From an uncultured Rhodothermales bacterium (GTDB lineage Bacteria; Bacteroidota; Rhodothermia; Rhodothermales; VXPQ01), in the NCBI GenBank assembly GCA_964554105.1, contig CAZKNF010000004.1:38195-102194 (forward strand): 64,000 bases of DNA. Reading direction: 5' to 3'. Of this stretch, positions 8,604 to 19,023 are shown in pieces; within the stretch, counting starts at the first letter, position 1, and every line of letters begins with the position of its first letter. Made by a program: the position numbers and the translations under genes. The notes below the pieces were generated by a model that saw only the letters and a program-made list of their open reading frames with translations, made no database searches and was not told the DNA's origin.

Positions 8604-9530
8604 TCAAGAGTCGCTCCGCTGCGTAAGGAGCCATCGCGTTAGCCCGTAGCCCAGGGCTACGAGGTACGTTATTTCTCCGGTAGCTCGAGTGGGCTTGCGC
8701 ATTAGATATGTGAGTACCCGCAGTAGGCGGACCCTTACTTCCCTCACGAGCCGACCCAGCATGTAGCGGTCCTGCAAGTTCAAGTGCTTCGCGTAGTACT
8801 GCCCCTGTCCGCGGCCATAACTCCAGCGCAAGGATAGATATTCTCGATCCGAACGCCATGCTCTATGATAGAGGACTGCATCCGGCCTGTACAGGATACG
8901 ATACCCGGCCTCTAGAAGACGAAATGCGAATTCATTATCCTCGGCGTTGACGAGTCGCACGTCGAATGCACCGACCTCATCAATTGCCGATCGAAAGAGT
9001 GCCATGTTATTGGAGTAAAGAATGTCTTCACCAATCCGACCCTCATAGTCGACGGGCATCTGGTCCGTCCTGGTGGAAGGCACGAATCCGCCTGCCTTAC
9101 CTGACGGCGCCGGCATCACGCGGCCGGTAACCACGCTGCGAGGACCTGCATTGAGAAGCGCATCGACCAGCTCACGGAGCCAGGACCTAGTAACCAAAAC
9201 ATCGTCATCCGTGAACACCAGTATGTGATAGCGTGCCTCGGCGATGCCGAGATTCCGGGCACGGCTCGCTCCCATTGAGGCGTCGTGCAGATAGCGGACA
9301 TTACACCTCCGACTGGTCGTGAGCGCTGCCAGATGTTCATTCGGCGCGTCACTCTGATCGACCACAATTAATTCTGCCGGTACTTCCTCTCCCTGAAGAA
9401 TGGAGTCCACCGTTTCGGCGAGTAGCTCGGGCCGATTACGGGACGGAATGATAAGCGACAGCAAGGTACGACCGTCATTATCTCTAAGAATTTGCGGCTG
9501 CTCTCCGGGCATTTGTTTGATGTCACTCAT
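8604..9530 (-). CDS. GT2 family glycosyltransferase
   Basis: Motifs LSLIIPSRNRPELLAETVDSIL, LIVVDQSD and VFTDDDVLV (DxD). I chose the start at MSDIKQ (9530), 4 nt after the upstream stop. The ORF track extends to 9653, inside the upstream gene. Confidence 0.8.
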   Translation of the reverse strand: MSDIKQMPGEQPQILRDNDGRTLLSLIIPSRNRPELLAETVDSILQGEEVPAELIVVDQSDAPNEHLAALTTSRRCNVRYLHDASMGASRARNLGIAEARYHILVFTDDDVLVTRSWLRELVDALLNAGPRSVVTGRVMPAPSGKAGGFVPSTRTDQMPVDYEGRIGEDILYSNNMALFRSAIDEVGAFDVRLVNAEDNEFAFRLLEAGYRILYRPDAVLYHRAWRSDREYLSLRWSYGRGQGQYYAKHLNLQDRYMLGRLVREVRVRLLRVLTYLMRKPTRATGEITYLVALGYGLTRWLLTQRSDS

Positions 9531-9534
9531 CCGA

Positions 9535-10869
9535 CTATTCCTTACCCGAAGTGGCGCTTGAGACCCGTCCGTAGGTCCTTCTGATATCATCTGCGAATTT
9601 ACGGGCCTGCGCATAGCGGATTCCTCCAACAAGCGCACCGCGAAGTTCTGCAAGAATTAGATCAGGCGGAAATCCAGGCGAGCGCATCAAACTCCTCAGA
9701 AGGCGTTGTGCCTGCGTCCAAAACTGTCGGATACCGATCGACATAAGGCGAATACGCTGGTCTGGAAAGCTCCTGGCACTGGAAAACAGGCTCGCGTAGA
9801 AGCCGCTGCCCCAGCTCTCGATCTGCTTCCGCAGTTGTTCATACCCGCGTCGATGGCGATGACGTGCGATTGCACCAGGTTCGTACTGCAGAGCATACCC
9901 ATTTTGCAAAACCCGATAGAACATCTCGACATCGCCTCCGCCGTTTGTGACAGTACCGGCATCTAAGGCTGGATCAAACAAACCGACCCGGTCGAATACG
10001 TTACGACGAAAAGCCATGCTGGCTCCTGTTCCGCACTCGGCCCAGGCGCCGGGAAAATAGTCGGTCTGACCGTTGCGCCCGCCGCAAACGGAATAACGAC
10101 GGCGTTCGAAACCGCAACCAAAGCCGCCATAACGCTCAAAGAAGATCTGCGCGCACGTCTCGAGCTCAAGTGGAACAACAAGGCCGGTCGTCGCGCCAAT
10201 TTCATCGTCCTCAACAAAGGCAGCAGTTAGAGCGGCCACCCACCCCTCGTCAACCACGACATCATCATCCGTAAATGCGATAATCTCACCGCGAGCTTCA
10301 AGGATAGCTCGATTCCTCGCCCAATTCAGGCCCGGACGTGGCTCGTGAACGTATCGCACGGAGGGGTACTCCTCAAAAACCAACCGGGCGGTCTGACTCG
10401 TAGCTGGTGCATTGTCGACCACTAGCAGGTCCAGATCAGGATAATCCTGCAACTTGAGCGCATCCAAAGTAAGAGCAAGATCTTCCGCATTATCTCGTGT
10501 ACAAACAGCAACTGTAACCGCCTGATTGTAGCTGGACGACGGTGTGTACACCTTCGAATCGCGTCCATCGATACCTGACATCAAGTATTCGACAGCATCC
10601 GTGGATTGCATCAGTCGCTCAAGCGCGGCCTGATGCTGATCCAGAACTGCTTCCCGAAGATCTCCGGCCGTAATCCATTCACCTGCAGCGGGCAGTGCGA
10701 CGTACCCTATCGGCGTACCTCTAACGCGGACCAACGCCTGCAAGGCATCGTAGCCACCGATGTCGGTCACATCTTGCAGTGGCTCATCCCATTCAATATC
10801 GATGACTTTTATGCGTTTGCTCATATAATGGCTTTCCGGAGGGCATTCAAGACCTGAAATCTCGTCCAC
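9535..10869 (-). CDS. GT2 family glycosyltransferase with an extra N-terminal ~115-aa domain
   Basis: Motifs VTVAVCTRDNAEDLALTLDAL, LLVVDNAP and AFTDDDVVVDEGW. An alternative ATG start at 10824 gives MSKRIKV. Confidence 0.8.
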   Translation of the reverse strand: MDEISGLECPPESHYMSKRIKVIDIEWDEPLQDVTDIGGYDALQALVRVRGTPIGYVALPAAGEWITAGDLREAVLDQHQAALERLMQSTDAVEYLMSGIDGRDSKVYTPSSSYNQAVTVAVCTRDNAEDLALTLDALKLQDYPDLDLLVVDNAPATSQTARLVFEEYPSVRYVHEPRPGLNWARNRAILEARGEIIAFTDDDVVVDEGWVAALTAAFVEDDEIGATTGLVVPLELETCAQIFFERYGGFGCGFERRRYSVCGGRNGQTDYFPGAWAECGTGASMAFRRNVFDRVGLFDPALDAGTVTNGGGDVEMFYRVLQNGYALQYEPGAIARHRHRRGYEQLRKQIESWGSGFYASLFSSARSFPDQRIRLMSIGIRQFWTQAQRLLRSLMRSPGFPPDLILAELRGALVGGIRYAQARKFADDIRRTYGRVSSATSGKE

Positions 10870-10894
10870 CGGAAATCTCTTAATGCATCATCTG

Positions 10895-11935
10895 CTAACG
10901 CTGAAAGTACGTCTCCAATTCTCGGGAGAATGCCTCGCCGTTTGCATTCGTGACGTCGACACGTGGCAATAGATACTGCTGGCTATCCCGACGCACCGGC
11001 CCACCAAGACAGGCGCACGCAAACTTGTAGCCCGCATGGCGTACCTCAGAGACTGTGTCCTCCGAAAAAAGGCCGTAGGGATACGCAAAGCTCTGAATTG
11101 GGTGTCCCAGCCACTGCTCTAACGTGACCTTGCATTGGCTTATCTCATTACGCTGTACGTGCAATGGACATTCTGTCAGATCTGGATGATCGATCGTGTG
11201 ACCACCAACCTCAACGAGGTTGCCTTCATCCAGAGTCAATACCTCCTCGGCCTCTAGTGCGCGATGTGTCGGGCGAACCGTCGGCTCTCGCCCGGTCCAA
11301 TCCTGCAACTTGTCGAGAACATTAGTCCGCTCGGCACCGCTCATAGAGCGCATCAGCGGATAAATTGACTTCAGTGCGGCATGCCGCGACGTCGGGGGAT
11401 CCTGATCGATCACGCTCCACGTGTGCAGCCCGTTCGACTTTGCGTTCTCCGTTGCTGCCGTTCCATTTAGATCGAAGACCAAAGAGTGCCCTTTGATTTC
11501 GATCTCCAGCCGAGAGGGCAGTGACCGTGCATCAAGAAATATGGCCTCGAGTTCATCCCACCAGAACTCCCGGTCTCGACCTACACGTCCGGTCGTCATA
11601 AAGACTGTAGCAGGTATGTCATACCGCTCAAGCAAGGGCCGGGCGGCGTACAGATTATCTTGATATCCATCATCGAATGTGACGCACACCGCGCGATCCG
11701 GCAGTTTACCATTCCGTACACAACCAGCAAGCTCGCTCAAGGGCACTGGCGTCCCCAGGTCGCGGATGACCTGTAAATGCTCCTCAAAATGTTTCGGCGA
11801 AACGCAGAGTCGGTAAACGTCCGAAGACGGCTCGGCGATGCGGTGGTAGAGCAAGACCACGCAATGTGGCCCGAATCTGCCACGAATCCGAAGCATCGTT
11901 TGCTGCAGCATTTTTGGAAGCGGGCTCACGAGCAT
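10895..11935 (-). CDS. Polysaccharide deacetylase (CE4 / NodB homology domain)
   Basis: Motifs VCVTFDDGYQDN, ATVFMTTG and GGHTIDHPDL. Confidence 0.85.
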   Translation of the reverse strand: MLVSPLPKMLQQTMLRIRGRFGPHCVVLLYHRIAEPSSDVYRLCVSPKHFEEHLQVIRDLGTPVPLSELAGCVRNGKLPDRAVCVTFDDGYQDNLYAARPLLERYDIPATVFMTTGRVGRDREFWWDELEAIFLDARSLPSRLEIEIKGHSLVFDLNGTAATENAKSNGLHTWSVIDQDPPTSRHAALKSIYPLMRSMSGAERTNVLDKLQDWTGREPTVRPTHRALEAEEVLTLDEGNLVEVGGHTIDHPDLTECPLHVQRNEISQCKVTLEQWLGHPIQSFAYPYGLFSEDTVSEVRHAGYKFACACLGGPVRRDSQQYLLPRVDVTNANGEAFSRELETYFQR

Positions 11936-11966
11936 TGCTGCGGAAGAACTGTTAGAACGGGCATCA

Positions 11967-12824
11967 TCATGACGCTACCTTTTGGGCGCGGACCGTTATG
12001 AGCAATTCGTAATCCGGGTCATGATAGTCCAACTCATTCCTTGTAAGTTCACCGCGACCTAACCCGTACAGGAACGACGCCGCGGCTAGGACATTGCCAT
12101 GAGACGTGACATCTAAACCCTCCACATGAAAGTGCTCGCCGAAGAGCCGCCGCATGGAGAGTACGGTAAAGTTCCAGCACCAGTAGTCTCCCCACGGCTC
12201 CGTATCATGCCGATTGATCTGAGAAATACCAGGAACGGTAATCAGGGCGACCCCCCCGGGCTTTAGTATTCGATGGATAGTCTGGATCGCCGCATGTACG
12301 TCGTATATGAGCTGCAGGGTCTGAGTGACGATCACGCAGTCAAAGGTATCTGAAGGGATGTGATCGGCGGTCGAAAGATCGCCGACAATCGTGGCTGCCT
12401 CGTGCTCTCTTTTCTGGTACACGAGGATGTCGATCTGACGCACGCGATCTTTGCCGAACCATCGGGTGTACGTATCTTCTGCAATCTCCATGACGCGCCC
12501 ATGGACATCGGATCGGTTTTCCTTCAGAAAACGCTCAATATAGTACCGGTCGATCGGCCCTCCCCTGTCATCCCCCCATTCACGACTTATCGGATTGACA
12601 CGACGCAGACTTCCAAACCTCACGAGCCCGACGGGCGGGATGTCGCCAGTGCCCTCCCACCGCCCACGAAACCATCTGCGAACCGGGGGCAGCGTGGCAT
12701 TGAACACAAGCTTGCGTACACCACGTTTAGCTCGCGTCAGAACATGCTTTAGAGACATACCTGCAAGGATCTTGCTTGTGTAAATATGGATAGCCCCGCA
12801 TTCCGCCAACAGCCGCCAATGCAC
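11967..12824 (-). CDS. Class I SAM-dependent methyltransferase
   Basis: Motifs VMEIAEDTYTRWFG and FDCVIVTQTLQLIYD...LKPGGVALITVPG. The N-terminal FGSLRRVNPISREWGDDRGGPIDRYYIE segment is common in methyltransferases of glycan clusters. An alternative start lies at 12758. Confidence 0.8.
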   Translation of the reverse strand: MHWRLLAECGAIHIYTSKILAGMSLKHVLTRAKRGVRKLVFNATLPPVRRWFRGRWEGTGDIPPVGLVRFGSLRRVNPISREWGDDRGGPIDRYYIERFLKENRSDVHGRVMEIAEDTYTRWFGKDRVRQIDILVYQKREHEAATIVGDLSTADHIPSDTFDCVIVTQTLQLIYDVHAAIQTIHRILKPGGVALITVPGISQINRHDTEPWGDYWCWNFTVLSMRRLFGEHFHVEGLDVTSHGNVLAAASFLYGLGRGELTRNELDYHDPDYELLITVRAQKVAS

Positions 12825-12827
12825 GTG

Positions 12828-13904
12828 CTATGTGCGATCAGTCCCTAAGTATCGCCTGAGAAACCGAGACCATAACCATTCACGTATAGGGGCCGGTACG
12901 ATCATCCGACCAATCCGGAACAATGCCGCAAGGACCTCCTCCCACAGAAACCCCTTGAGCGTGTCTGATAAGGCTCGAAACTGAAATACCAGACGCTGCG
13001 TCACGGGATTTTGATAATACCACAACTCTCGCCGCAGCAACTTCAATGCTTGCGAGTCCTCCGCCAGGTGCTCCGAAAGATAGCTGTCCAGCCACTCGAG
13101 AAATGACTGATGTGCGGGATGCGGCCTCTCAGCATCGTACTCACCTGCTTCCATTGCCAGCATGCAGTTTGAGTCGGGATGCTGTCGGTAGAGGTCCCAC
13201 GACTCGCTCGTGACGAACGCGGATGAGGCAAGAAATATCTTTGCGAAGAACGCCTGATCTTCGTAGAGGCCTTTAAATCGCGGTTCAAAGCCGCCCACGC
13301 TATCGATGATGTCGCGCCGCATCAGGACGCTGCAAGTTGCCGGTGTAGTAGCCTTTCGCTTCAAAAATTCTATGAGAAGCGTCGGGGGTTCATACAACCG
13401 ACCTGGCCGGACTCCCGGCCTGCGCCAATCGTCTCGGATTGCATCCTCAGGTCTTCCGGTCCAGCTGTGCCATAACTTCGTCGGTCCGTAAACCATGTCC
13501 GCCTCTGGATGCTGCTTAAACAGCGACATTTGACGCTCGAGTTTTTCAGGTAACCAGATGTCGTCGGCATCCAGAAATGCTACAAATGCTCCTTGCGCGT
13601 GCTTAATTCCAAGATTACGTGACGCGCTCATTCCGCGATTCTCGTGTCCATCGTGCTCTAGATAGCATATGGTCCCCGAATGTGCGGACGCATACTTCTT
13701 CGCCACCTGCGTGCTTCCGTCGGTCGAGCCGTCGTCAACCAAGTGCAATTCCCAGTGATCATACGTTTGTGCGATCACGCTCTCTACCGCCTGCGCAAGA
13801 AACCGCTCCTCGTTAAGGAAAGTGATGACAACAGAGATGAGCCGTTGTCGACGTTTCGCATCGATGTTCATCTCAGGAGAGCGTTGAAAATGAGGTTGAT
13901 GCAT
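12828..13904 (-). CDS. GT2 family glycosyltransferase
   Basis: Motifs ISVVITFLNEERFLAQAVESV, LHLVDDGSTDGS and AFLDADDIW. An alternative start at 13871 gives MNIDAK. Confidence 0.85.
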   Translation of the reverse strand: MHQPHFQRSPEMNIDAKRRQRLISVVITFLNEERFLAQAVESVIAQTYDHWELHLVDDGSTDGSTQVAKKYASAHSGTICYLEHDGHENRGMSASRNLGIKHAQGAFVAFLDADDIWLPEKLERQMSLFKQHPEADMVYGPTKLWHSWTGRPEDAIRDDWRRPGVRPGRLYEPPTLLIEFLKRKATTPATCSVLMRRDIIDSVGGFEPRFKGLYEDQAFFAKIFLASSAFVTSESWDLYRQHPDSNCMLAMEAGEYDAERPHPAHQSFLEWLDSYLSEHLAEDSQALKLLRRELWYYQNPVTQRLVFQFRALSDTLKGFLWEEVLAALFRIGRMIVPAPIREWLWSRFLRRYLGTDRT

Positions 13905-14024
13905 CGGACAAAACGTTGCCGATTAACTCCGGATTTCTGCGAATTGTCTTGTCTGACGCAACCAGCACATGCCCTGAACGGCTCTGAGTATCCATTCATG
14001 TGCTCCTGACGCGGAACACGTGTG

Positions 14025-15305
14025 TCAAACCGGCCCCGCCAATCGGGAAATCCTCCTATACGCTTCATGACTCAGATCGACCTGATGCCTGGCGGCGGTG
14101 AGCAATCTATCTCTAACACTCTCTGCCTCCTGCCAGGCGTGTACTATCGCTTCGGCGAGGACAGAGGAGAGGTCGGGATCGCTAAGACGGACCACCGTAC
14201 AACCCACACCAAACTGATCGGCTAAACCTTCAAACTTGCTGATATAGTAGGCTGAATTGACCAATCCAACGGCAGGAATTCCCGACGATAAGGCGAATAC
14301 GGCTGCATGATAGCTACCTGCTACCACGACACGACACCGGTGGACCTGTTCGATTACTTTGCGCGTGGTATCCAACCCTGCTCCACCGTCGGAATCATCG
14401 TCGTAGCCAATCATCAGTTGCCGTATTGTGTCGGAATCTTGCTCACCCGGGACTCGTGAGATCGGAATGGGAATCAAAGGAGCGTTCAATAATTTCGCCG
14501 CTCCATGCAAAATCGGGCGAATTTCATCCGTCAAATGCTGGTTGACATCCGCATAGCCAGACGATCGAAGATTGATGCCTAACCCTGTCCCCGGCCGTTC
14601 CGGTTGCTTCCCGAAAGCCAACTCAATGGCATCATCACCTGTCGTCATTACCCGATCTGGTGAGACTTGAAGCGCCTGGAGGAGTGGCGCACCGGCCTTC
14701 TTTTCTCGCAGCGAGATGAAGTCGACTCGCGGTAGGACAGACGTTGCCAACGCTCGCAGTTTCGGATCTTCGAGTGGCCCCATCCCCTGCCCTACCATTG
14801 CCGACCGTGCTCCGTTGTGGAGCGCCAACCGAAATACTTCAAGAAGCTCGGTAGCATACTCGGGGAACGTATCCGAAATACCACCCATGCCGTTCGCCAC
14901 AATCATATCGGCTCCTGCAACGGTCCCATAGAAGTCTTCCAAGTCATTGACCGGTTTACCTCGTAGCCGTAGGCTCATCCTTAACAACGAGTACGCGAGC
15001 GTTGGGAAGTACCGCTTGAGAAATCGCTCAATCTTGTGAAGGCGCTCCCTGAGGATACTCGGGATATTCAGCGATAGAACTGATTCGAAGATCGATTCCT
15101 CAAACCACATGCGGCGCCCAGACGAATCGAGAGGTACCACATTGGGACCATAGCAAGGAAACGTACTTGGTACGTCCGTGAATACCTGGATCGTTGCTTT
15201 CGGCCACATTGTGCTCATACGAGACAGAGCTACCTCAAGCATTGCGGTATCGCCGATATTCCGTATGATGTAGTCACTAGGCTCCACGAGAACGCGCACT
15301 GCCAC
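14025..15305 (-). CDS. Polysaccharide pyruvyl transferase family protein (WcaK/CsaB-like)
   Basis: N-terminal NIGDTAMLEVAL and C-terminal VVAGSYHAAVFALSSGIPAVGL are typical of PS_pyruv_trans proteins. Confidence 0.7.
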   Translation of the reverse strand: MAVRVLVEPSDYIIRNIGDTAMLEVALSRMSTMWPKATIQVFTDVPSTFPCYGPNVVPLDSSGRRMWFEESIFESVLSLNIPSILRERLHKIERFLKRYFPTLAYSLLRMSLRLRGKPVNDLEDFYGTVAGADMIVANGMGGISDTFPEYATELLEVFRLALHNGARSAMVGQGMGPLEDPKLRALATSVLPRVDFISLREKKAGAPLLQALQVSPDRVMTTGDDAIELAFGKQPERPGTGLGINLRSSGYADVNQHLTDEIRPILHGAAKLLNAPLIPIPISRVPGEQDSDTIRQLMIGYDDDSDGGAGLDTTRKVIEQVHRCRVVVAGSYHAAVFALSSGIPAVGLVNSAYYISKFEGLADQFGVGCTVVRLSDPDLSSVLAEAIVHAWQEAESVRDRLLTAARHQVDLSHEAYRRISRLAGPV

Positions 15306-15314
15306 TCTTTCCTC

Positions 15315-16577
15315 CTACGGATGCACCCAACGATGATGAAAGAGTACATTTCCGAAGCCCTCGGCCGCAACGGCAGATCGACCGCCTATTGAACCTTGCT
15401 CAACCATAAAGAACGCCGCTCCCTCCACATGATCCTGGAGGCCCTCGCTCGTCCACAGTGCCGCGTTGATCCGGTATCGGCCTGGCACAAGCATAAGTTC
15501 ATCAATTCGACAGATAAATCTCGCACCATCTCCGGAATCGCGACTGTCTCGGGTGGACTGAACCGTGCTGTTTAGATGGGTAATTGGCTGACCTATGTAG
15601 TCGTATATTGTGAACGCGCATGCCATAGCTGGGCGAACGTCGGAGACGCGAAAAATAAACCGAGCCGGCTGCCCCGTGGAGAGGACGGATGAGGAATTTG
15701 CTTCACTTTGTCCTATTTCGATCGACTTGAATCGAATCTGACCCACTCCGGTGCGATCCTGCCTGTCAAAGAGATCGTTCGAGATTGTACCCTCTAGCAT
15801 TGCGAGGTATTCGGAAACGGTTTCGGCTGCAGGGCCATCCGAAAAAATTCTTCCTTGCCGAAGCATAATTGCTCGGCTGCACAGGCTTCGGATCGCACTC
15901 ACATTATGGCTTACGAAAACTACCGTGCGTCCCTGCCGTGCGACTTCACCCATCTTTCCAAGGCACTTCTTCTGAAAAGCCGTGTCTCCAACGGCGAGCA
16001 CTTCATCCACCAATAAGATCTCCGGCTCAAGATGGGCCGCCACCGCAAAGGCCAGGCGCACGTACATCCCGGACGAATACCGCTTGACAGGAGTATCGAG
16101 GAACTTCTCGATCTCGGCAAATGAGACAATCTCGTCGAACTTCCTTCGGATTTCGGCACGGGTCATGCCCAGAATCGCACCATTCAGGAAGATATTCTCC
16201 CTGCCAGTAAGCTCCGGATGAAAGCCGGTGCCAACCTCCAGTAAACTTCCTACTCGACCGTACATTTCCACACGTCCATTCGAAGGCTCCGTGATGCGGG
16301 AGAGTATCTTAAGCAGCGTGCTTTTTCCGGCACCGTTGCGACCGATAAGCCCCAGCACCTCTCCCGCTTCCACCTCAAAGGAAACATCCTCGAGCGCGAG
16401 GAAAATCTGTTCGGCAGGCGGCTGCTTAACACCGTTAATGCGGGACCGTAACTTCTGCGCCGGACGCGACATGGCGTTTGCAAGCATCTCGCGCAGCGTA
16501 CTGTGGGTGTTCAACTCACCAATGCGATACCGCTTACTTACATTTGCTACCCGTATGGCAACTTCACTGGCACTCAT
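15315..16577 (-). CDS. wzt: Polysaccharide/O-antigen ABC exporter ATP-binding protein with a C-terminal glycan-binding-type extension (Wzt-like)
   Basis: Walker A GRNGAGKST, signature YSSGM, Walker B ILLVDE. A ~170-aa extension follows the ATPase core and is consistent with a Wzt_C beta-sandwich. The start forms an ATGA overlap with wzm. Confidence 0.9.
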   Translation of the reverse strand: MSASEVAIRVANVSKRYRIGELNTHSTLREMLANAMSRPAQKLRSRINGVKQPPAEQIFLALEDVSFEVEAGEVLGLIGRNGAGKSTLLKILSRITEPSNGRVEMYGRVGSLLEVGTGFHPELTGRENIFLNGAILGMTRAEIRRKFDEIVSFAEIEKFLDTPVKRYSSGMYVRLAFAVAAHLEPEILLVDEVLAVGDTAFQKKCLGKMGEVARQGRTVVFVSHNVSAIRSLCSRAIMLRQGRIFSDGPAAETVSEYLAMLEGTISNDLFDRQDRTGVGQIRFKSIEIGQSEANSSSVLSTGQPARFIFRVSDVRPAMACAFTIYDYIGQPITHLNSTVQSTRDSRDSGDGARFICRIDELMLVPGRYRINAALWTSEGLQDHVEGAAFFMVEQGSIGGRSAVAAEGFGNVLFHHRWVHP

Positions 16578-17506
16578 ATCACATCCGCCATCGTCTTCTC
16601 CATTCGCTTGAAGTAGAACAGGCCGCCTACCAACAGCAGAATGACGACTAAAACCGATACCAGCATCGACAGATTCAGTGCTTCCGACTTGCCCAGCAGA
16701 GCCCAGCGAAATCCTTCAACGACTCCGACCATTGGGTTAAGTCCGTAGAGAATCCGCCATTCTTCCGGGATAAGGCTGACGGGATAGGCAATGGGTGTGG
16801 CAAACAGCCAGAATTGTGAAAGAAAGGTGATGGTATATCGGACGTCTCGGTATTTCGCATTGAGCGCCGACAACCAGAGCCCCACGGCCAAGGCCGTCAT
16901 ACACGCAAAGACTACGAGCAGTGGCAGTGCAAGAACGGCCAGCGTAGGAACGATGCCGTAGAAATACATCAAGCCCAGTAAGACGAAGAACGAAATGCCG
17001 AAGTCGACGAGTCCAGCCAGTACCGCCGCAAGAGGCATCACCAGTCGAGGGAAGTAGACCTTCGTTACCAGCTCCTGATTCGTTACGAGGCTGTTGCCCG
17101 ATTCTGTAAGTGCATGAGAAAACAGCTGCCACGGCAAGAGTGCCGTATACGTGAACACCGGGTACGGAACGCCGTCCGATGGAATGTTCGCGAGCTTGCC
17201 AAAAAAAACGCTGAAGACCACCATCGTCAGGACTGGCTGCAGTACCGCCCACGCCGCCCCCAACAGCGTCTGCTTATAGCGAACTTTAACGTCTCGCCAG
17301 ATGAGGAAGAAAAGCAGTTCTCGGTAGGTCCACAAAGAATGGAGCTGCAGTGCAGTCCACCCCCGAGAAGGTTCGATTACGAAGAGCGGCTCTCTCGTTT
17401 CTACCGCGTCAGCGCGGCGGTCGTCGTCTTCACCACGTTGCGCAACTAGCTCGGCGCTAACTTCCATCTGGCTCAGCTCCGCCATTATATTCCGTCTCGT
17501 TGACAC
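16574..17506 (-). CDS. wzm: ABC-2 type polysaccharide exporter permease (Wzm-like)
   Basis: Six TM segments. The segment LLFFLIWRDVKVRYKQTLLGAAWAVLQP is the hallmark of ABC-2 O-antigen/teichoic acid permeases. An alternative start lies at 17485. Confidence 0.9.
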   Translation of the reverse strand: MSTRRNIMAELSQMEVSAELVAQRGEDDDRRADAVETREPLFVIEPSRGWTALQLHSLWTYRELLFFLIWRDVKVRYKQTLLGAAWAVLQPVLTMVVFSVFFGKLANIPSDGVPYPVFTYTALLPWQLFSHALTESGNSLVTNQELVTKVYFPRLVMPLAAVLAGLVDFGISFFVLLGLMYFYGIVPTLAVLALPLLVVFACMTALAVGLWLSALNAKYRDVRYTITFLSQFWLFATPIAYPVSLIPEEWRILYGLNPMVGVVEGFRWALLGKSEALNLSMLVSVLVVILLLVGGLFYFKRMEKTMADVI

Positions 17507-17562
17507 GGCACGCCGCAGTAGGAAAACCTCAGCCGGTCGATCGACCGACTACGCACCGCAAA

Positions 17563-19023
17563 TCATGCCGCATCGACCACGAGGGCCGATGATCTAGCGG
17601 CTTTCTTTTCGGCCAACGTGAACTGTTCGTGATAGGAACGGTCTACGTTCACGTTCCACAGATCGTGGTCCTCTCCAAGGATATTTCGTGCAGCGAGCAT
17701 GGCGGTGAGCATCGAGTGATCCTGATTATTGTAGCGATGCATGCCGGCTCGTCCGACGGTCCAAAGATTCTCGAACCCGGCTAGATAGTCCTTAATCACC
17801 TCTAAATGCTGAAGGTACGTCTCGTCGTAAACAGGATACGCCCTCCGTTGCCGGATGACGGTCCCATCGACGATGTCGTCTTCGTCGGCCAGACCAATCT
17901 GCGCCAGCTCGCGTGCGGCGAGGTTCTGCAACTCAGCATCCGAAAGATCCCACAAGTCGTCACCGAGCGAGCAGAAATACTCCATCCCCAGGCAGGTTGT
18001 CGACGCGTCCGGCACCATGGCTGCACTCCAGTTTTTGAAGTTCTGGATGCGGCCGACCGTGACGTCCGGACTGTGGACGTATATCCAGTTGTCGGGGAAA
18101 AGATGGTCGCGATCGAGAATGAGTGCAACGACTATAAAGTCACGGTACGAAAGGCCGTTCACGGCCTCGATGACGTGGGGCGGAGCCGCGGGAGACATAC
18201 GTGAAACCAGCTCCGTGATCGGCATGCTGGAGACATAATGATCCGCCGCAATCCTGAAATGCTCCTCCGTCGACCCCTGCGTCCGTGCGGTTACCTCCAC
18301 GACCCGTTCGCCATCGTGATGCAGGCGTTCAACAGCCGTGTTGAGTCGAACCTCGCCGCCCTGTTCCTCCACCCGCTCGTGAAAACGCTCCCACATCATG
18401 CCGGGTCCGTGAACCGGATAGCGGAAGCGCTCAATTAAGGACGTGGCATCGCTCTTCTTGATGAGAGCGTTGAGGACCGCACGCTTTAACGAAAGTCCCT
18501 GAATCCGCTGTGCTGCCCAGTCCGCACGGATCTTACTGCAGGGGATTCCCCACACCTTCTCCGTATACGTCTTAAAAAACATCTCATACAGCCGCTCACC
18601 AAACTTGTTGACGACCCAGTGTTCCAGACTTTCCTCTTTCGGATACGGAACCTGAAGCTTAGCCTCGAGATAGCTGAAGAGGACTCGAGTGCTCTCCACC
18701 GGCCCAAGATTCGAAAGGGTGTTCCAGAGCCGAATTGGATACTGGTAAAACTTTCCTCCGTAATAAATGCGAGAGAGACGCTCCACTTCGATGAATTCTG
18801 AACCGAGCACCTCGTGCCATAGCTCCTCGACCTCGGTGACCTTCGTGAAAAACCGGTGTCCGCCGATATCGAACCTGTACCCCTTGTACTTCTCCGTACG
18901 CGATATTCCTCCGACCTGATTCTCCTTCTCCAACACCAAAACCGGCATATCGGCCTTGAGGAGCTGGTATGCTCCCGTAAGACCGGCGGGTCCGGCTCCG
19001 ATCACTACCGTAGGTTGGGTCAT
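17563..19023 (-). CDS. FAD/NAD(P)-binding oxidoreductase, UDP-galactopyranose-mutase/amine-oxidase-like fold
   Basis: Motifs VVIGAGPAGLTGAYQL and LEKENQVGGISRT...DIGGHRFF. The start forms a 4-nt ATGA overlap with the upstream GT2. Confidence 0.75.
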   Translation of the reverse strand: MTQPTVVIGAGPAGLTGAYQLLKADMPVLVLEKENQVGGISRTEKYKGYRFDIGGHRFFTKVTEVEELWHEVLGSEFIEVERLSRIYYGGKFYQYPIRLWNTLSNLGPVESTRVLFSYLEAKLQVPYPKEESLEHWVVNKFGERLYEMFFKTYTEKVWGIPCSKIRADWAAQRIQGLSLKRAVLNALIKKSDATSLIERFRYPVHGPGMMWERFHERVEEQGGEVRLNTAVERLHHDGERVVEVTARTQGSTEEHFRIAADHYVSSMPITELVSRMSPAAPPHVIEAVNGLSYRDFIVVALILDRDHLFPDNWIYVHSPDVTVGRIQNFKNWSAAMVPDASTTCLGMEYFCSLGDDLWDLSDAELQNLAARELAQIGLADEDDIVDGTVIRQRRAYPVYDETYLQHLEVIKDYLAGFENLWTVGRAGMHRYNNQDHSMLTAMLAARNILGEDHDLWNVNVDRSYHEQFTLAEKKAARSSALVVDAA

